From NCBI RefSeq assembly GCF_036507355.1, contig NZ_AP027877.1: a stretch of 64,000 bases of DNA; one strand, written 5' to 3'. Both the position numbers and the translations under genes were made by a program. This DNA is from Escherichia coli (lineage in GTDB: Bacteria; Pseudomonadota; Gammaproteobacteria; Enterobacterales; Enterobacteriaceae). Of this stretch, positions 1 to 11,368 are shown in pieces. The notes under the pieces are model-generated. The model was not told where the DNA came from and searched no databases. It saw only the letters and a program-made list of their open reading frames with translations. Each line of letters opens with the position of its first letter. Position 1 is the stretch's first letter.

Positions 1-122
1 AGACATTGAGTGTGGTCGCGGAGTTTGTCGAGACGCAACAGCAACAGGCGCTATTGCATAAGCTCGGGGTGCAATATCTGCAAGGGTATTTGATTGGTCG
101 CCCGCAGCCATTAGCTGATTAA
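1..122 (+). CDS. pdeA: 3-prime end of EAL-domain c-di-GMP phosphodiesterase gene (partial; continues upstream of window)
   Basis: Open frame from window edge to TAA at 120-122; C-terminus ...LHKLGVQYLQGYLIGRPQPLAD fits an EAL-domain end; convergent with nupC as in K-12 (yfeA). Confidence 0.55.
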   Translation, partial: TLSVVAEFVETQQQQALLHKLGVQYLQGYLIGRPQPLAD

Positions 123-139
123 CAGGCGTAAAAAAACCG

Positions 140-151
140 GGGAATTATCCC
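140..151. repeat. Left copy of 12-bp target-site duplication GGGAATTATCCC flanking IS4
   Basis: Identical 12-mer at 140-151 and 1578-1589 immediately outside the IS inverted repeats. Confidence 0.85.
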
Positions 152-1577
152 TAATGCCGATCAGTTAAGGATCAGTTGACCGATCCAGTGGCTGTGTAAG
201 AATCCGGAAACGCTCACTCGTTTCCGGATTTTTTTATGCACATTGGACAGGCTCTTGATCTGGTATCCCGTTACGATTCTCTGCGTAACCCACTGACTTC
301 TCTGGGGGATTACCTCGACCCCGAACTCATCTCTCGTTGCCTTGCCGAATCAGGTACTGTAACGCTACGCAAGCGCCGTCTTCCCCTCGAAATGATGGTC
401 TGGTGTATTGTTGGCATGGCGCTTGAGCGTAAAGAACCTCTTCACCAGATTGTGAATCGCCTGGACATCATGCTGCCGGGCAATCGCCCCTTCGTTGCCC
501 CCAGTGCTGTTATTCAGGCCCGCCAGCGCCTGGGAAGTGAGGCTGTCCGCCGCGTGTTCACGAAAACAGCGCAGCTCTGGCATAACGCCACGCCGCATCC
601 GCACTGGTGCGGCCTGACCCTGCTGGCCATCGATGGTGTGTTCTGGCGCACACCGGATACACCAGAGAACGATGCAGCCTTCCCTCGCCAGACACATGCC
701 GGGACCCCGGCGCTCTACCCGCAGGTCAAAATGGTCTGCCAGATGGAACTGACCAGCCATCTGCTGACGGCTGCAGCCTTCGGCACGATGAAGAACAGCG
801 AAAATGAGCTTGCTGAGCAACTTATAGAACAAACCGGCGATAACACTCTGACGTTAATGGATAAAGGTTATTACTCACTGGGATTGTTAAATGCCTGGAG
901 CCTGGCGGGAGAACACCGCCACTGGATGATCCCTCTCAGAAAGGGAGCGCAATATGAAGAGATCAGAAAACTGGGTAAAGGCGATCATCTGGTGAAGCTG
1001 AAAACCAGCCCGCAGGCACGAAAAAAGTGGCCGGGACTGGGAAATGAGGTGACAGCCCGCCTGCTGACCGTGACGCGCAAAGGAAAAGTCTGCCATCTGC
1101 TGACGTCGATGACGGACGCCATGCGCTTCCCCGGAGGAGAAATGGCGGATCTGTACAGTCATCGCTGGGAAATCGAACTGGGATACAGGGAGATAAAACA
1201 GACGATGCAACTGAGCAGGCTGACGCTGAGAAGTAAAAAGCCTGAGCTTGTGGAGCAAGAGCTGTGGGGTGTCTTACTGGCTTATAATCTGGTGAGATAT
1301 CAGATGATTAAAATGGCGGAACATCTGAAAGGTTACTGGCCAAATCAACTGAGCTTCTCAGAATCATGCGGAATGGTGATGAGAATGCTGATGATATTGC
1401 AGGGCGCTTCACCGGGACGTATACCGGAGCTGATGCGCGATCTTGCAAGTATGGGACAACTTGTGAAATTACCGACAAGAAGGGAAAGGGCCTTCCCGAG
1501 AGTGGTAAAGGAGAGGCCCTGGAAATACCCCACAGCCCCGAAAAAGAGCCAGTCAGTTGCTTAACTGACTGGCATTA
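152..1577 (+). mobile_element. IS4 insertion sequence (1426 bp) with 18-bp terminal inverted repeats TAATGCCGATCAGTTAAG
   Basis: Perfect inverted repeats at 152-169 and 1560-1577; single 442-aa transposase ORF; 12-bp flanking direct repeat. Confidence 0.9.
236..1564 (+). CDS. insG: IS4 transposase (DDE family)
   Basis: 442-aa ORF starting [20 protein letters not shown]..., recalled as the IS4 transposase; fills the element between the inverted repeats. Confidence 0.9.
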   Translation: MHIGQALDLVSRYDSLRNPLTSLGDYLDPELISRCLAESGTVTLRKRRLPLEMMVWCIVGMALERKEPLHQIVNRLDIMLPGNRPFVAPSAVIQARQRLGSEAVRRVFTKTAQLWHNATPHPHWCGLTLLAIDGVFWRTPDTPENDAAFPRQTHAGTPALYPQVKMVCQMELTSHLLTAAAFGTMKNSENELAEQLIEQTGDNTLTLMDKGYYSLGLLNAWSLAGEHRHWMIPLRKGAQYEEIRKLGKGDHLVKLKTSPQARKKWPGLGNEVTARLLTVTRKGKVCHLLTSMTDAMRFPGGEMADLYSHRWEIELGYREIKQTMQLSRLTLRSKKPELVEQELWGVLLAYNLVRYQMIKMAEHLKGYWPNQLSFSESCGMVMRMLMILQGASPGRIPELMRDLASMGQLVKLPTRRERAFPRVVKERPWKYPTAPKKSQSVA

Positions 1578-1589
1578 GGGAATTATCCC
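1578..1589. repeat. Right copy of 12-bp target-site duplication GGGAATTATCCC
   Basis: Identical to 140-151. Confidence 0.85.
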
Positions 1590-1609
1590 CGGCTTTTTTA
1601 TGTATGGTC

Positions 1610-2812
1610 TTACAGCACCAGTGCTGCGATTGACGCAGACAGCACACTCACCAGGGTAGAGCCGTAAACCAGCTTCAGACCGAAGCGAGAAACCACGTTA
1701 CCTTGCTCTTCATTCAGGCCTTTAACTGCACCTGCGATAATCCCGATTGAAGAGAAGTTAGCGAAGGAAACCAGGAACACAGAGATGATGCCTTCAGCAC
1801 GCGGAGAGAGTGTAGAGGCAATTTTCTGCAGATCCATCATCGCAACGAACTCGTTAGAAACCAGTTTGGTCGCCATGATACTGCCCACTTGCAGTGCTTC
1901 GCTGGACGGAACACCCATCACCCATGCAATCGGATAGAAGATGTAGCCCAGGATGCCCTGGAAGGAGATGCTGTAGCCAAACCAGCCAGTCACGGTGGCA
2001 AACAGTGCGTTCAACGCGGCGATCAGGGCGATAAAGCCGATCAGCATCGCGGCAACGATAATGGCAACTTTGAAACCTGCCAGAATGTATTCACCCAGCA
2101 TTTCGAAGAAGCTCTGACCTTCGTGCAGGTTGGACATCTGAATGTTTTCTTCACTGGCATCAACACGGTAAGGGTTGATCAGCGACAGCACGATAAAGGT
2201 GCTGAACATATTCAGTACCAGCGCTGCAACGACGTATTTTGGTTCCAGCATGGTCATGTATGCACCAACGATGGACATCGACACGGTGGACATCGCCGTT
2301 GCTGCCATGGTGTACATACGATTACGGGAGATTTTGCCGAGGATATCTTTATAGGCAATAAAGTTTTCAGACTGACCCAGAATCAGGGAGCTGACGGCGT
2401 TAAAGGATTCCAGTTTGCCCATACCGTTGACTTTGGAGAGCAGGAAACCAATTGCGCGGATAATCACCGGCAACACGCGAATGTGCTGGAGAATACCGAT
2501 CAGTGCAGAGATAAAGACGATTGGGCACAGCACTTTCAGGAAGAAGAATGCCAGGCCTTGATCATTCATGCTACCAAAGACGAAGTTAGTCCCTTCGTTG
2601 GCAAATCCGAGCAGTTTTTCGAACATTTCGGAGAAGCCTTTCACGAAGCCTAAACCAACGTCGGAGTTCAGGAAGAACCACGCCAGTAACACTTCGATAA
2701 CAAGCAGTTGAATAACATAACGGATACGAATTTTTTTGCGGTCGCTGCTTACCAGCAGTGCGAGAATCGCAACAACGGCAAGTGCCAGTACAAAATGAAG
2801 GACGCGGTCCAT
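1610..2812 (-). CDS. nupC: Nucleoside:H+ symporter NupC (CNT family)
   Basis: 400-aa product from ATG at 2812 ([20 protein letters not shown]...); multi-pass membrane protein; six-frame ORF extends 13 codons further upstream. Confidence 0.9.
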
Positions 2813-3077
2813 ATTTGCTCCAAATATGAGGCAGGTTAAATTTCCGTGCACATTCTATGTAACATGGTTAAGGAAAACGAGATCTGACACACACTATAAT
2901 GACGTCCTGTGACAAGCTTCAAAAATAGTGAGCTGTCATACATTTCTGCTATGTTGTGTATGGAAGCTGAAAGTTATGTAAATGTGCTAACATTAAACAT
3001 AACCATAACATTCAAGTCATCAATCTTTTCGTAGTCATAATCCTGGTCTATCAGAGAAATCACCACAACCCATTTAA

Positions 3078-3098
3078 ATGAATTTGATAATCATTCTC
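3078..3098. promoter_or_regulatory. Fur box in mntH promoter
   Basis: AATGAATTTGATAATCATTCTC resembles the Fur consensus GATAATGATAATCATTATC; ~50 bp upstream of mntH ATG. Confidence 0.6.
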
Positions 3099-3113
3099 GT
3101 TTGGCATAGCATG

Positions 3114-3135
3114 AAACATAGCAAAGGCTATGTTT
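3114..3135. promoter_or_regulatory. MntR operator (inverted repeat AAACATAGC-N4-GCTATGTTT)
   Basis: Perfect 9-bp inverted repeat 13 bp upstream of mntH start codon; matches the known MntR site architecture. Confidence 0.7.
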
Positions 3136-3138
3136 TAG

Positions 3139-4386
<1,248 letters not shown>

Positions 4387-4404
4387 TTCAACTGGTGTCG
4401 CATC

Positions 4405-4502
<98 letters not shown>

Positions 4503-4526
4503 ATTGTGCTCCATTGGCGAATGTGT

Positions 4527-4853
4527 TTAATGGCGGTGTCCATGTCCGCGGCCTTTTCCGCGATGATCGTCACGATCGCGCCAGCCTTCACGATAGCCAC
4601 GCTCATATGCTTTACGCTTATCCCAGCCACGATGGTAGCCATTATCATGACGCCACCAGCGGTTTTTACGCCATTCATAATTGCGATGCCAGTAGTCACG
4701 GTCGCGCCAGTGACCACCGTCCCAGTAATTACCGTAATGATCGCGATCGCCAATTTGTAATTTGATTGATGGCAGTAGGGTGATTTCGCCTGCGTTTGCC
4801 GCAAGCGGGGTAAATGCCATCAGGGCGGCCGCCAGAAACAGTGACCTGAACAT
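4527..4853 (-). CDS. ypeC: Secreted DUF2502-family protein YpeC
   Basis: 108-aa ORF with signal peptide [21 protein letters not shown] and basic/aromatic-rich C-terminus; conserved position. Confidence 0.8.
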
Positions 4854-4967
4854 TGTTATTCTCCTTCACGATCGAAGCCGTCAGCGGCCTGTTAACGCAA
4901 TATTACGGGGAGGTAAAGCCCCGTATCATCGCCATAACTCTTAAATCATAAAGGAGAGCATTTTTTG

Positions 4968-6224
4968 CTAAACGTTATCGTGGGGTGGCTGTTGCTTCGG
5001 ACGATTGACCATCATCATCGGCTTACCTGCTAATAACAGCCATGTCGGAAGCATGACGATACAGAGCAGCGGTAGCAATGTGGTATTGGGTACAACGACT
5101 GCCGCCATAAAAAGACTTAACCAGCCATCGCGTGTTACCACCAGCACGATGCCGAGAATAGCGCAGGAAACGGTTATTGCCGCTGGTACGGCGGGAACGT
5201 GCTCATGCAGCATCAACCCTAATGCCACGCCGACAAACACTGCCGGGAAGATTCGCCCACCGCGAAAGCCACTGGCGGCAGCAACGACCAGGGCGGTAAG
5301 TTTAATTACCGCCAGCAAAAAGTAATCGCTGGTGCTGAAAGCCTGATTTGCCACCATCTGCTGCATCTCATCCAGCCCTTTAAACAGCGAAACTGGTCCA
5401 CCAATAACCCCCAGAATACCGAGAATAAATCCGCCAATACCCAGCACGAGCACCGGATTTTTCATTTGATGCATCATCGCGTGCAACCGTGGTAAGCACC
5501 ATACGGCGACCATCCCTGCTGCGATGGCAATCGCCGCGACAATTGCACCGCTGAGAATATCGGTCATTTCCATCTGTCCGTAATGCGCAATGGGCAGTGA
5601 AAAATGGGGATGGAAAAATAATCCGGTAGTAAGTGCACCAGCTGCTGCCGCCATTAACGGCGCAAAAAGACGATCCCATAGCGGAACTTCACTACTGCCA
5701 TTTAAGGTTTGCGAAAATATCAACGCCGCCGCAACAGGTGTACCAAACAGCGCGCCGATGGTTCCGGCAGAGGCTAAAATAGTCCACTCCATTCGGTTGA
5801 CGCGCGGTAACAGACGAGCGCCAATGGCAACCGCAAGGGCGATATTGACGGTCATGATCGGATGTTCCGGCCCCAGGCTGACGCCGCCAGCAAGACCGAG
5901 AATTAATGCTACGATAAGTCCTGGTAGCGCAGAGGGCGGAACCGGTGCGCCGATCAGCGGTTCACAGGCGGGGTCTGGTCCGGCATGACCCTGGCTGAAA
6001 CGGATAACCAACCCCACCGCAATACCCGTTAGCGTTAATACACCGATGATCCAGAGAGGTGAATCCTGTGCTATTCCCAGAGTTCCCGGCAGTCGTTGCC
6101 AGAGCAAATTCTGTAATACCGAGGCGATTTTCATCACCACAATCAGAATAAGACTGGACGCAATCCCAATTGCCACGGCGGGGAGCGATAATAACAACAT
6201 GGTTCTGGCTCGCGGATGGAGCAT
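4968..6224 (-). CDS. yfeO: ClC-like ion channel family membrane protein YfeO
   Basis: 418-aa polytopic membrane protein; glycine-rich helices; synteny. Confidence 0.85.
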   Translation of the reverse strand: MLHPRARTMLLLSLPAVAIGIASSLILIVVMKIASVLQNLLWQRLPGTLGIAQDSPLWIIGVLTLTGIAVGLVIRFSQGHAGPDPACEPLIGAPVPPSALPGLIVALILGLAGGVSLGPEHPIMTVNIALAVAIGARLLPRVNRMEWTILASAGTIGALFGTPVAAALIFSQTLNGSSEVPLWDRLFAPLMAAAAGALTTGLFFHPHFSLPIAHYGQMEMTDILSGAIVAAIAIAAGMVAVWCLPRLHAMMHQMKNPVLVLGIGGFILGILGVIGGPVSLFKGLDEMQQMVANQAFSTSDYFLLAVIKLTALVVAAASGFRGGRIFPAVFVGVALGLMLHEHVPAVPAAITVSCAILGIVLVVTRDGWLSLFMAAVVVPNTTLLPLLCIVMLPTWLLLAGKPMMMVNRPKQQPPHDNV

Positions 6225-6427
6225 GTTCTATTCCTTATGCGGGGTCAGATACTTAGTTTGCCCAGCTTGCAAAAAGGCATCGCTGCAATTGGTGCTGAAA
6301 CGATAAAGTAATTGTGTGACCCAGATCGATATTTACAGGGAGCCTGCCTTTCCGGCGTTGTTGTTATGCCCCCAGGTATTTACAGTGTGAGAAAGAATTA
6401 TTTTGACTTTAGCGGAGCAGTTGAAGA

Positions 6428-7393
6428 ATGACAAAGTATGCATTAGTCGGTGATGTGGGCGGCACCAACGCACGTCTTGCTCTGTGTGATATTGCCAGTG
6501 GTGAAATCTCGCAGGCTAAGACCTACTCAGGGCTTGATTACCCCAGCCTCGAAGCGGTCATTCGCGTTTATCTTGAAGAACATAAGGTCGAGGTGAAAGA
6601 CGGCTGTATTGCCATCGCTTGCCCAATTACCGGTGACTGGGTGGCAATGACCAACCATACCTGGGCGTTCTCAATTGCCGAAATGAAAAAGAATCTCGGT
6701 TTTAGCCATCTGGAAATTATTAACGATTTTACCGCTGTATCGATGGCGATCCCGATGCTGAAAAAAGAGCATCTGATTCAGTTTGGTGGCGCAGAGCCGA
6801 TAGAAGGTAAGCCTATTGCGGTTTACGGTGCCGGAACGGGGCTAGGGGTTGCGCATCTGGTCCATGTCGATAAGCGTTGGGTAAGCTTGCCGGGCGAAGG
6901 CGGTCACGTTGATTTTGCGCCGAATAGTGAAGAAGAGGCCATTATCCTCGAAATATTGCGTGCGGAAATTGGTCATGTTTCGGCGGAACGCGTGCTTTCT
7001 GGCCCTGGGCTGGTGAATTTGTATCGCGCAATTGTTAAAGCCGACAACCGCCTGCCAGAAAATCTCAAGCCAAAAGATATTACCGAACGCGCGCTGGCTG
7101 ACAGCTGCACCGATTGCCGCCGTGCGTTGTCGCTGTTTTGCGTCATTATGGGCCGTTTTGGCGGCAATCTGGCGCTCAATCTCGGGACATTTGGCGGCGT
7201 GTTTATTGCGGGCGGTATCGTGCCGCGCTTCCTTGAGTTCTTCAAAGCTTCTGGTTTCCGTGCCGCATTTGAAGATAAAGGGCGCTTTAAAGAATATGTC
7301 CATGATATTCCGGTGTATCTCATCGTCCATGACAATCCGGGTCTTCTCGGGTCCGGTGCACATTTACGCCAGACCTTAGGGCACATTCTGTAA
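6428..7393 (+). CDS. glk: Glucokinase
   Basis: 321-aa [23 protein letters not shown]... (ROK/glucokinase ATP-binding N-terminus). Confidence 0.95.
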   Translation: MTKYALVGDVGGTNARLALCDIASGEISQAKTYSGLDYPSLEAVIRVYLEEHKVEVKDGCIAIACPITGDWVAMTNHTWAFSIAEMKKNLGFSHLEIINDFTAVSMAIPMLKKEHLIQFGGAEPIEGKPIAVYGAGTGLGVAHLVHVDKRWVSLPGEGGHVDFAPNSEEEAIILEILRAEIGHVSAERVLSGPGLVNLYRAIVKADNRLPENLKPKDITERALADSCTDCRRALSLFCVIMGRFGGNLALNLGTFGGVFIAGGIVPRFLEFFKASGFRAAFEDKGRFKEYVHDIPVYLIVHDNPGLLGSGAHLRQTLGHIL

Positions 7394-7611
7394 ATCCTTC
7401 CTGTTATATCGGGAGGTAACTCTCCCGATAATCTTTTAAATCATGCAGTTAATTCAATTTTTCTTTGTGTCCCCTCACAAGGCCGACCTGCGTCACACTT
7501 CCGTACAGCGGGATTAATTCTCCAGTAAATGCATTATTTGTCTGGTAACGGCGATTTGTTTTGCACGTTCATAATTTCACTCATCAACTATCACTGAACG
7601 AGGAATTAACG

Positions 7612-7938
7612 ATGAGTAAGAAACTGATTGCCTTATGTGCCTGCCCGATGGGCCTGGCTCACACCTTTATGGCCGCTCAGGCGCTGGAAGAAGCAGCGGT
7701 AGAAGCCGGTTATGAAGTGAAAATTGAAACCCAGGGCGCGGACGGTATCCAGAATCGCCTGACGGCGCAGGATATCGCCGAAGCGACCATCATCATCCAC
7801 TCCGTGGCAGTAACCCCGGAAGATAACGAACGTTTCGAATCACGCGACGTTTATGAAATCACTTTGCAGGACGCAATTAAAAACGCTGCGGGCATCATCA
7901 AAGAAATCGAAGAGATGATTGCCTCTGAACAACAGTAA
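7612..7938 (+). CDS. fryB: PTS fructose-like EIIB component
   Basis: 108-aa product from ATG at 7612 (MSKKLIALCACPMGLAHTFMAAQ...), active-site Cys motif; ORF track starts 17 codons upstream. Confidence 0.85.
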   Translation: MSKKLIALCACPMGLAHTFMAAQALEEAAVEAGYEVKIETQGADGIQNRLTAQDIAEATIIIHSVAVTPEDNERFESRDVYEITLQDAIKNAAGIIKEIEEMIASEQQ

Positions 7939-7959
7939 TATTCGACAGGGATAATTGTT

Positions 7960-9207
7960 ATGGCCATTAAAAAACGCAGTGCAACCGTTGTGCCTGGCGC
8001 ATCCGGTGCGGCAGCGGCAGTTAAGAATCCGCAGGCCTCTAAAAGCAGCTTCTGGGGTGAACTCCCGCAGCATGTGATGTCAGGGATTTCACGCATGGTG
8101 CCGACCTTAATTATGGGCGGTGTGATCCTCGCTTTCAGCCAGCTGATTGCTTATAGCTGGCTTAAAATTCCTGCTGATATCGGCATCATGGATGCTCTTA
8201 ATAGCGGGAAATTCTCCGGTTTCGACCTCTCCTTACTGAAATTTGCCTGGTTGTCGCAGTCCTTCGGCGGCGTGTTGTTTGGTTTTGCCATTCCGATGTT
8301 TGCTGCTTTTGTGGCGAACTCTATCGGTGGCAAACTGGCGTTTCCGGCTGGTTTTATCGGCGGCTTGATGTCTACCCAGCCGACGCAACTGCTGAACTTC
8401 GATCCCAGCACTATGCAATGGGCGACCTCTTCGCCGGTGCCGTCCACCTTCATTGGTGCGCTGATTATATCTATCGTTGCTGGTTACCTTGTGAAATGGA
8501 TGAACCAGAAAATCCAGTTACCGGATTTCCTGTTAGCGTTCAAAACCACATTTTTGCTACCGATTCTTTCCGCTATTTTTGTCATGCTGGCGATGTACTA
8601 CGTGATCACCCCCTTTGGGGGCTGGATCAACGGCGGTATCCGTACTGTGCTGACTGCCGCAGGTGAGAAGGGCGCGCTGATGTACGCAATGGGGATCGCC
8701 GCGGCGACAGCAATCGACCTTGGTGGCCCGATCAACAAAGCCGCAGGTTTCGTTGCCTTCAGCTTTACCACTGACCACGTATTACCAGTCACCGCTCGTT
8801 CTATCGCTATTGTTATTCCGCCGATTGGTCTGGGTCTGGCGACCATTATTGACCGTCGTTTAACCGGCAAACGCCTGTTCAACGCTCAGCTTTATCCGCA
8901 GGGTAAAACCGCCATGTTCCTGGCGTTTATGGGGATCAGTGAAGGTGCGATTCCGTTTGCGCTGGAAAGCCCCATCACTGCCATTCCGTCGTATATGGTC
9001 GGCGCGATTGTTGGCTCAACCGCCGCTGTCTGGCTGGGCGCAGTGCAATGGTTCCCCGAGTCCGCTATCTGGGCATGGCCACTGGTCACTAACCTGGGCG
9101 TCTACATGGCGGGGATCGCGCTGGGGGCAGTCATTACTGCACTGATGGTGGTGTTCCTGCGTCTGATGATGTTCCGTAAAGGCAAATTGTTAATCGATAG
9201 CCTGTAA
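7960..9207 (+). CDS. fryC: PTS fructose-like EIIC permease
   Basis: 415-aa polytopic membrane protein immediately downstream of fryB. Confidence 0.9.
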   Translation: MAIKKRSATVVPGASGAAAAVKNPQASKSSFWGELPQHVMSGISRMVPTLIMGGVILAFSQLIAYSWLKIPADIGIMDALNSGKFSGFDLSLLKFAWLSQSFGGVLFGFAIPMFAAFVANSIGGKLAFPAGFIGGLMSTQPTQLLNFDPSTMQWATSSPVPSTFIGALIISIVAGYLVKWMNQKIQLPDFLLAFKTTFLLPILSAIFVMLAMYYVITPFGGWINGGIRTVLTAAGEKGALMYAMGIAAATAIDLGGPINKAAGFVAFSFTTDHVLPVTARSIAIVIPPIGLGLATIIDRRLTGKRLFNAQLYPQGKTAMFLAFMGISEGAIPFALESPITAIPSYMVGAIVGSTAAVWLGAVQWFPESAIWAWPLVTNLGVYMAGIALGAVITALMVVFLRLMMFRKGKLLIDSL

Positions 9208-9221
9208 GAAGGAAAATCCAG

Positions 9222-10307
9222 ATGACATTACTCGCTTCGCTGCGTGACTGGCTTAAGGCGCAACAACTGGATGCGGTGCTTCTCTCCTCACGGCAGAACA
9301 AACAGCCGCATCTGGGGATCTCCACCGGATCAGGCTATGTGCTGATTAGCCGTGAAAGTGCGCACATTCTGGTGGACTCGCGCTATTACGCGGATGTAGA
9401 AGCCCGCACGCAAGGTTACCAGCTGCATTTGCTTGACGCGACGCACACGCTTACAACCATCGCCAGGCAAATCATTGCCGATGAGCAGTTGCAAACGCTC
9501 GGTTTTGAAGGCCAGCAGGTGAGTTGGGAAACCGCGCACCGCTGGCAGTCTGAACTTAATGCAACGCTGGTTAGCGCCACGCCGGATGTGCTGCGGCAAA
9601 TCAAAACGCCAGAGGAGGTGGAGAAAATCCGCCTTGCCTGTGGGATTGCCGATCGCGGTGCAGAGCATATTCGCCGCTTTATTCAGGCGGGGATGAGCGA
9701 GCGCGAGATAGCCGCTGAACTGGAGTGGTTTATGCGCCAGCAGGGCGCAGAAAAAACCTCTTTTGACACCATTGTCGCCAGTGGCTGGCGTGGGGCGCTG
9801 CCGCACGGCAAAGCCAGCGACAAGATTGTTGCAGCGGGCGAGTTTGTCACTCTCGATTTCGGTGCGCTCTATCAGGGCTACTGCTCTGATATGACGCGCA
9901 CCTTGCTGGTGAATGGCGAAGGGGTGAGCGCCGAATCTCACCCGCTGTTTAACGTCTATCAGATTGTTTTGCAGGCACAGCTCGCAGCAATCTCTGCAAT
10001 TCGCCCCGGCGTGCGCTGCCAGCAGGTTGACGACGCCGCGCGTCGGGTCATTACAGAAGCAGGTTATGGCGACTATTTCGGTCATAACACCGGTCATGCT
10101 ATTGGCATTGAAGTACACGAAGATCCGCGTTTTTCACCGCGGGACACCACGACGCTACAGCCAGGCATGTTACTGACCGTGGAGCCGGGGATTTATTTGC
10201 CAGGGCAAGGGGGCGTGCGCATCGAAGATGTTGTGCTGGTCACCCCGCAAGGCGCAGAAGTGCTCTACGCCATGCCGAAAACAGTGTTGCTCACGGGAGA
10301 GGCATAA
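9222..10307 (+). CDS. ypdF: Xaa-Pro aminopeptidase (M24 family)
   Basis: 361-aa ORF with M24 metal-binding motifs ([13 protein letters not shown]); in fry operon. Confidence 0.9.
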   Translation: MTLLASLRDWLKAQQLDAVLLSSRQNKQPHLGISTGSGYVLISRESAHILVDSRYYADVEARTQGYQLHLLDATHTLTTIARQIIADEQLQTLGFEGQQVSWETAHRWQSELNATLVSATPDVLRQIKTPEEVEKIRLACGIADRGAEHIRRFIQAGMSEREIAAELEWFMRQQGAEKTSFDTIVASGWRGALPHGKASDKIVAAGEFVTLDFGALYQGYCSDMTRTLLVNGEGVSAESHPLFNVYQIVLQAQLAAISAIRPGVRCQQVDDAARRVITEAGYGDYFGHNTGHAIGIEVHEDPRFSPRDTTTLQPGMLLTVEPGIYLPGQGGVRIEDVVLVTPQGAEVLYAMPKTVLLTGEA

Positions 10308-11344
10308 TGGATTTATCGCTATTGAAAGCGTTGAGCGAGGCAGATGCGATCGCCTCCTCGGAACAGGAAGTGCGGCAGATCCTGCTGGAAGAAGCGGATC
10401 GCCTGCAAAAAGAAGTGCGATTTGATGGGCTGGGATCGGTGCTGATCCGCCTCAATGAATCGACAGGTCCGAAAGTGATGATCTGTGCGCATATGGACGA
10501 AGTTGGATTTATGGTGCGCAGTATCTCCCGCGAAGGCGCAATTGATGTGCTGCCGGTTGGCAACGTGCGCATGGCTGCCCGCCAGCTGCAGCCGGTGCGC
10601 ATCACCACCCGTGAAGAGTGCAAAATTCCAGGCCTGCTTGACGGCGACCGGCAGGGGAATGACGTCAGCGCCATGCGCGTGGACATTGGTGCGCGCTCCT
10701 ATGACGAAGTGATGCAGGCGGGAATTCGTCCAGGCGATCGCGTCACGTTTGATACTACTTTTCAGGTTCTCCCCCACCAGCGAGTGATGGGGAAAGCTTT
10801 TGATGATCGCCTCGGTTGCTACCTGCTGGTGACGTTACTGCGCGAACTACACAGCGCTGAACTGCCTGCGGAAGTGTGGCTGGTGGCCAGTTCCAGCGAA
10901 GAGGTGGGGTTACGCGGCGGGCAAACTGCCACCCGCGCGGTGTCGCCGGACGTCGCCATTGTCCTTGATACCGCCTGCTGGGCGAAAAACTTTGATTATG
11001 GCGCGGCTAACCATCGCCAGATTGGTAACGGCCCGATGCTGGTGTTAAGCGACAAGTCACTGATTGCGCCGCCAAAACTCACCGCCTGGATCGAAACCGT
11101 GGCGGCAGAAATTGGCGTGCCGTTACAGGCAGATATGTTCAGCAACGGTGGCACGGATGGCGGAGCGGTGCACTTAACTGGCACCGGTGTGCCTACAGTG
11201 GTGATGGGGCCCACAACCCGCCACGGACATTGCGCCGCATCGATTGCCGATTGCCGCGACATTTTGCAGATGCAGCAGCTTTTATCTGCCCTTATTCAAC
11301 GTCTTACGCGTGAGACGGTTGTTCAACTGACGGATTTCAGATGA
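10307..11344 (+). CDS. ypdE: M42-family aminopeptidase
   Basis: 345-aa ORF; start overlaps ypdF stop; M42/FrvX-like. Confidence 0.9.
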   Translation: MDLSLLKALSEADAIASSEQEVRQILLEEADRLQKEVRFDGLGSVLIRLNESTGPKVMICAHMDEVGFMVRSISREGAIDVLPVGNVRMAARQLQPVRITTREECKIPGLLDGDRQGNDVSAMRVDIGARSYDEVMQAGIRPGDRVTFDTTFQVLPHQRVMGKAFDDRLGCYLLVTLLRELHSAELPAEVWLVASSSEEVGLRGGQTATRAVSPDVAIVLDTACWAKNFDYGAANHRQIGNGPMLVLSDKSLIAPPKLTAWIETVAAEIGVPLQADMFSNGGTDGGAVHLTGTGVPTVVMGPTTRHGHCAASIADCRDILQMQQLLSALIQRLTRETVVQLTDFR

Positions 11345-11368
11345 TCTCCTGATTAACCCGGAGCGGTT

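Noticed and set aside
365..832. Antisense and overlapping ORFs inside the IS4 transposase gene (365-832, 607-807, 887-1258, 1345-1533, 1366-1578)
   Set aside because: They lie fully within a well-supported transposase frame, have no RBS or family resemblance, and are the kind of spurious frames expected in GC-rich coding sequence.
152..1577. Possibility that the element beside nupC is IS186, as I recall for K-12
   Set aside because: Length 1426 bp, 18-bp inverted repeats, 12-bp duplication and a 442-aa transposase fit IS4, not IS186 (about 1.3 kb, ~370-aa transposase).
1889..2653. Long antisense ORFs opposite core genes (1889-2653 in nupC, 5590-5988 in yfeO, 9330-10118 in ypdF, 10319-10777 in ypdE, 12212-12634 in fryA, 18232-18672 in alaC, 19338-19958 in lpxP, 60144-60608 in fadL, 63247-63660 in fadJ)
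   Set aside because: Each overlaps a conserved, confidently identified gene on the other strand; composition-driven open frames, not independent genes.
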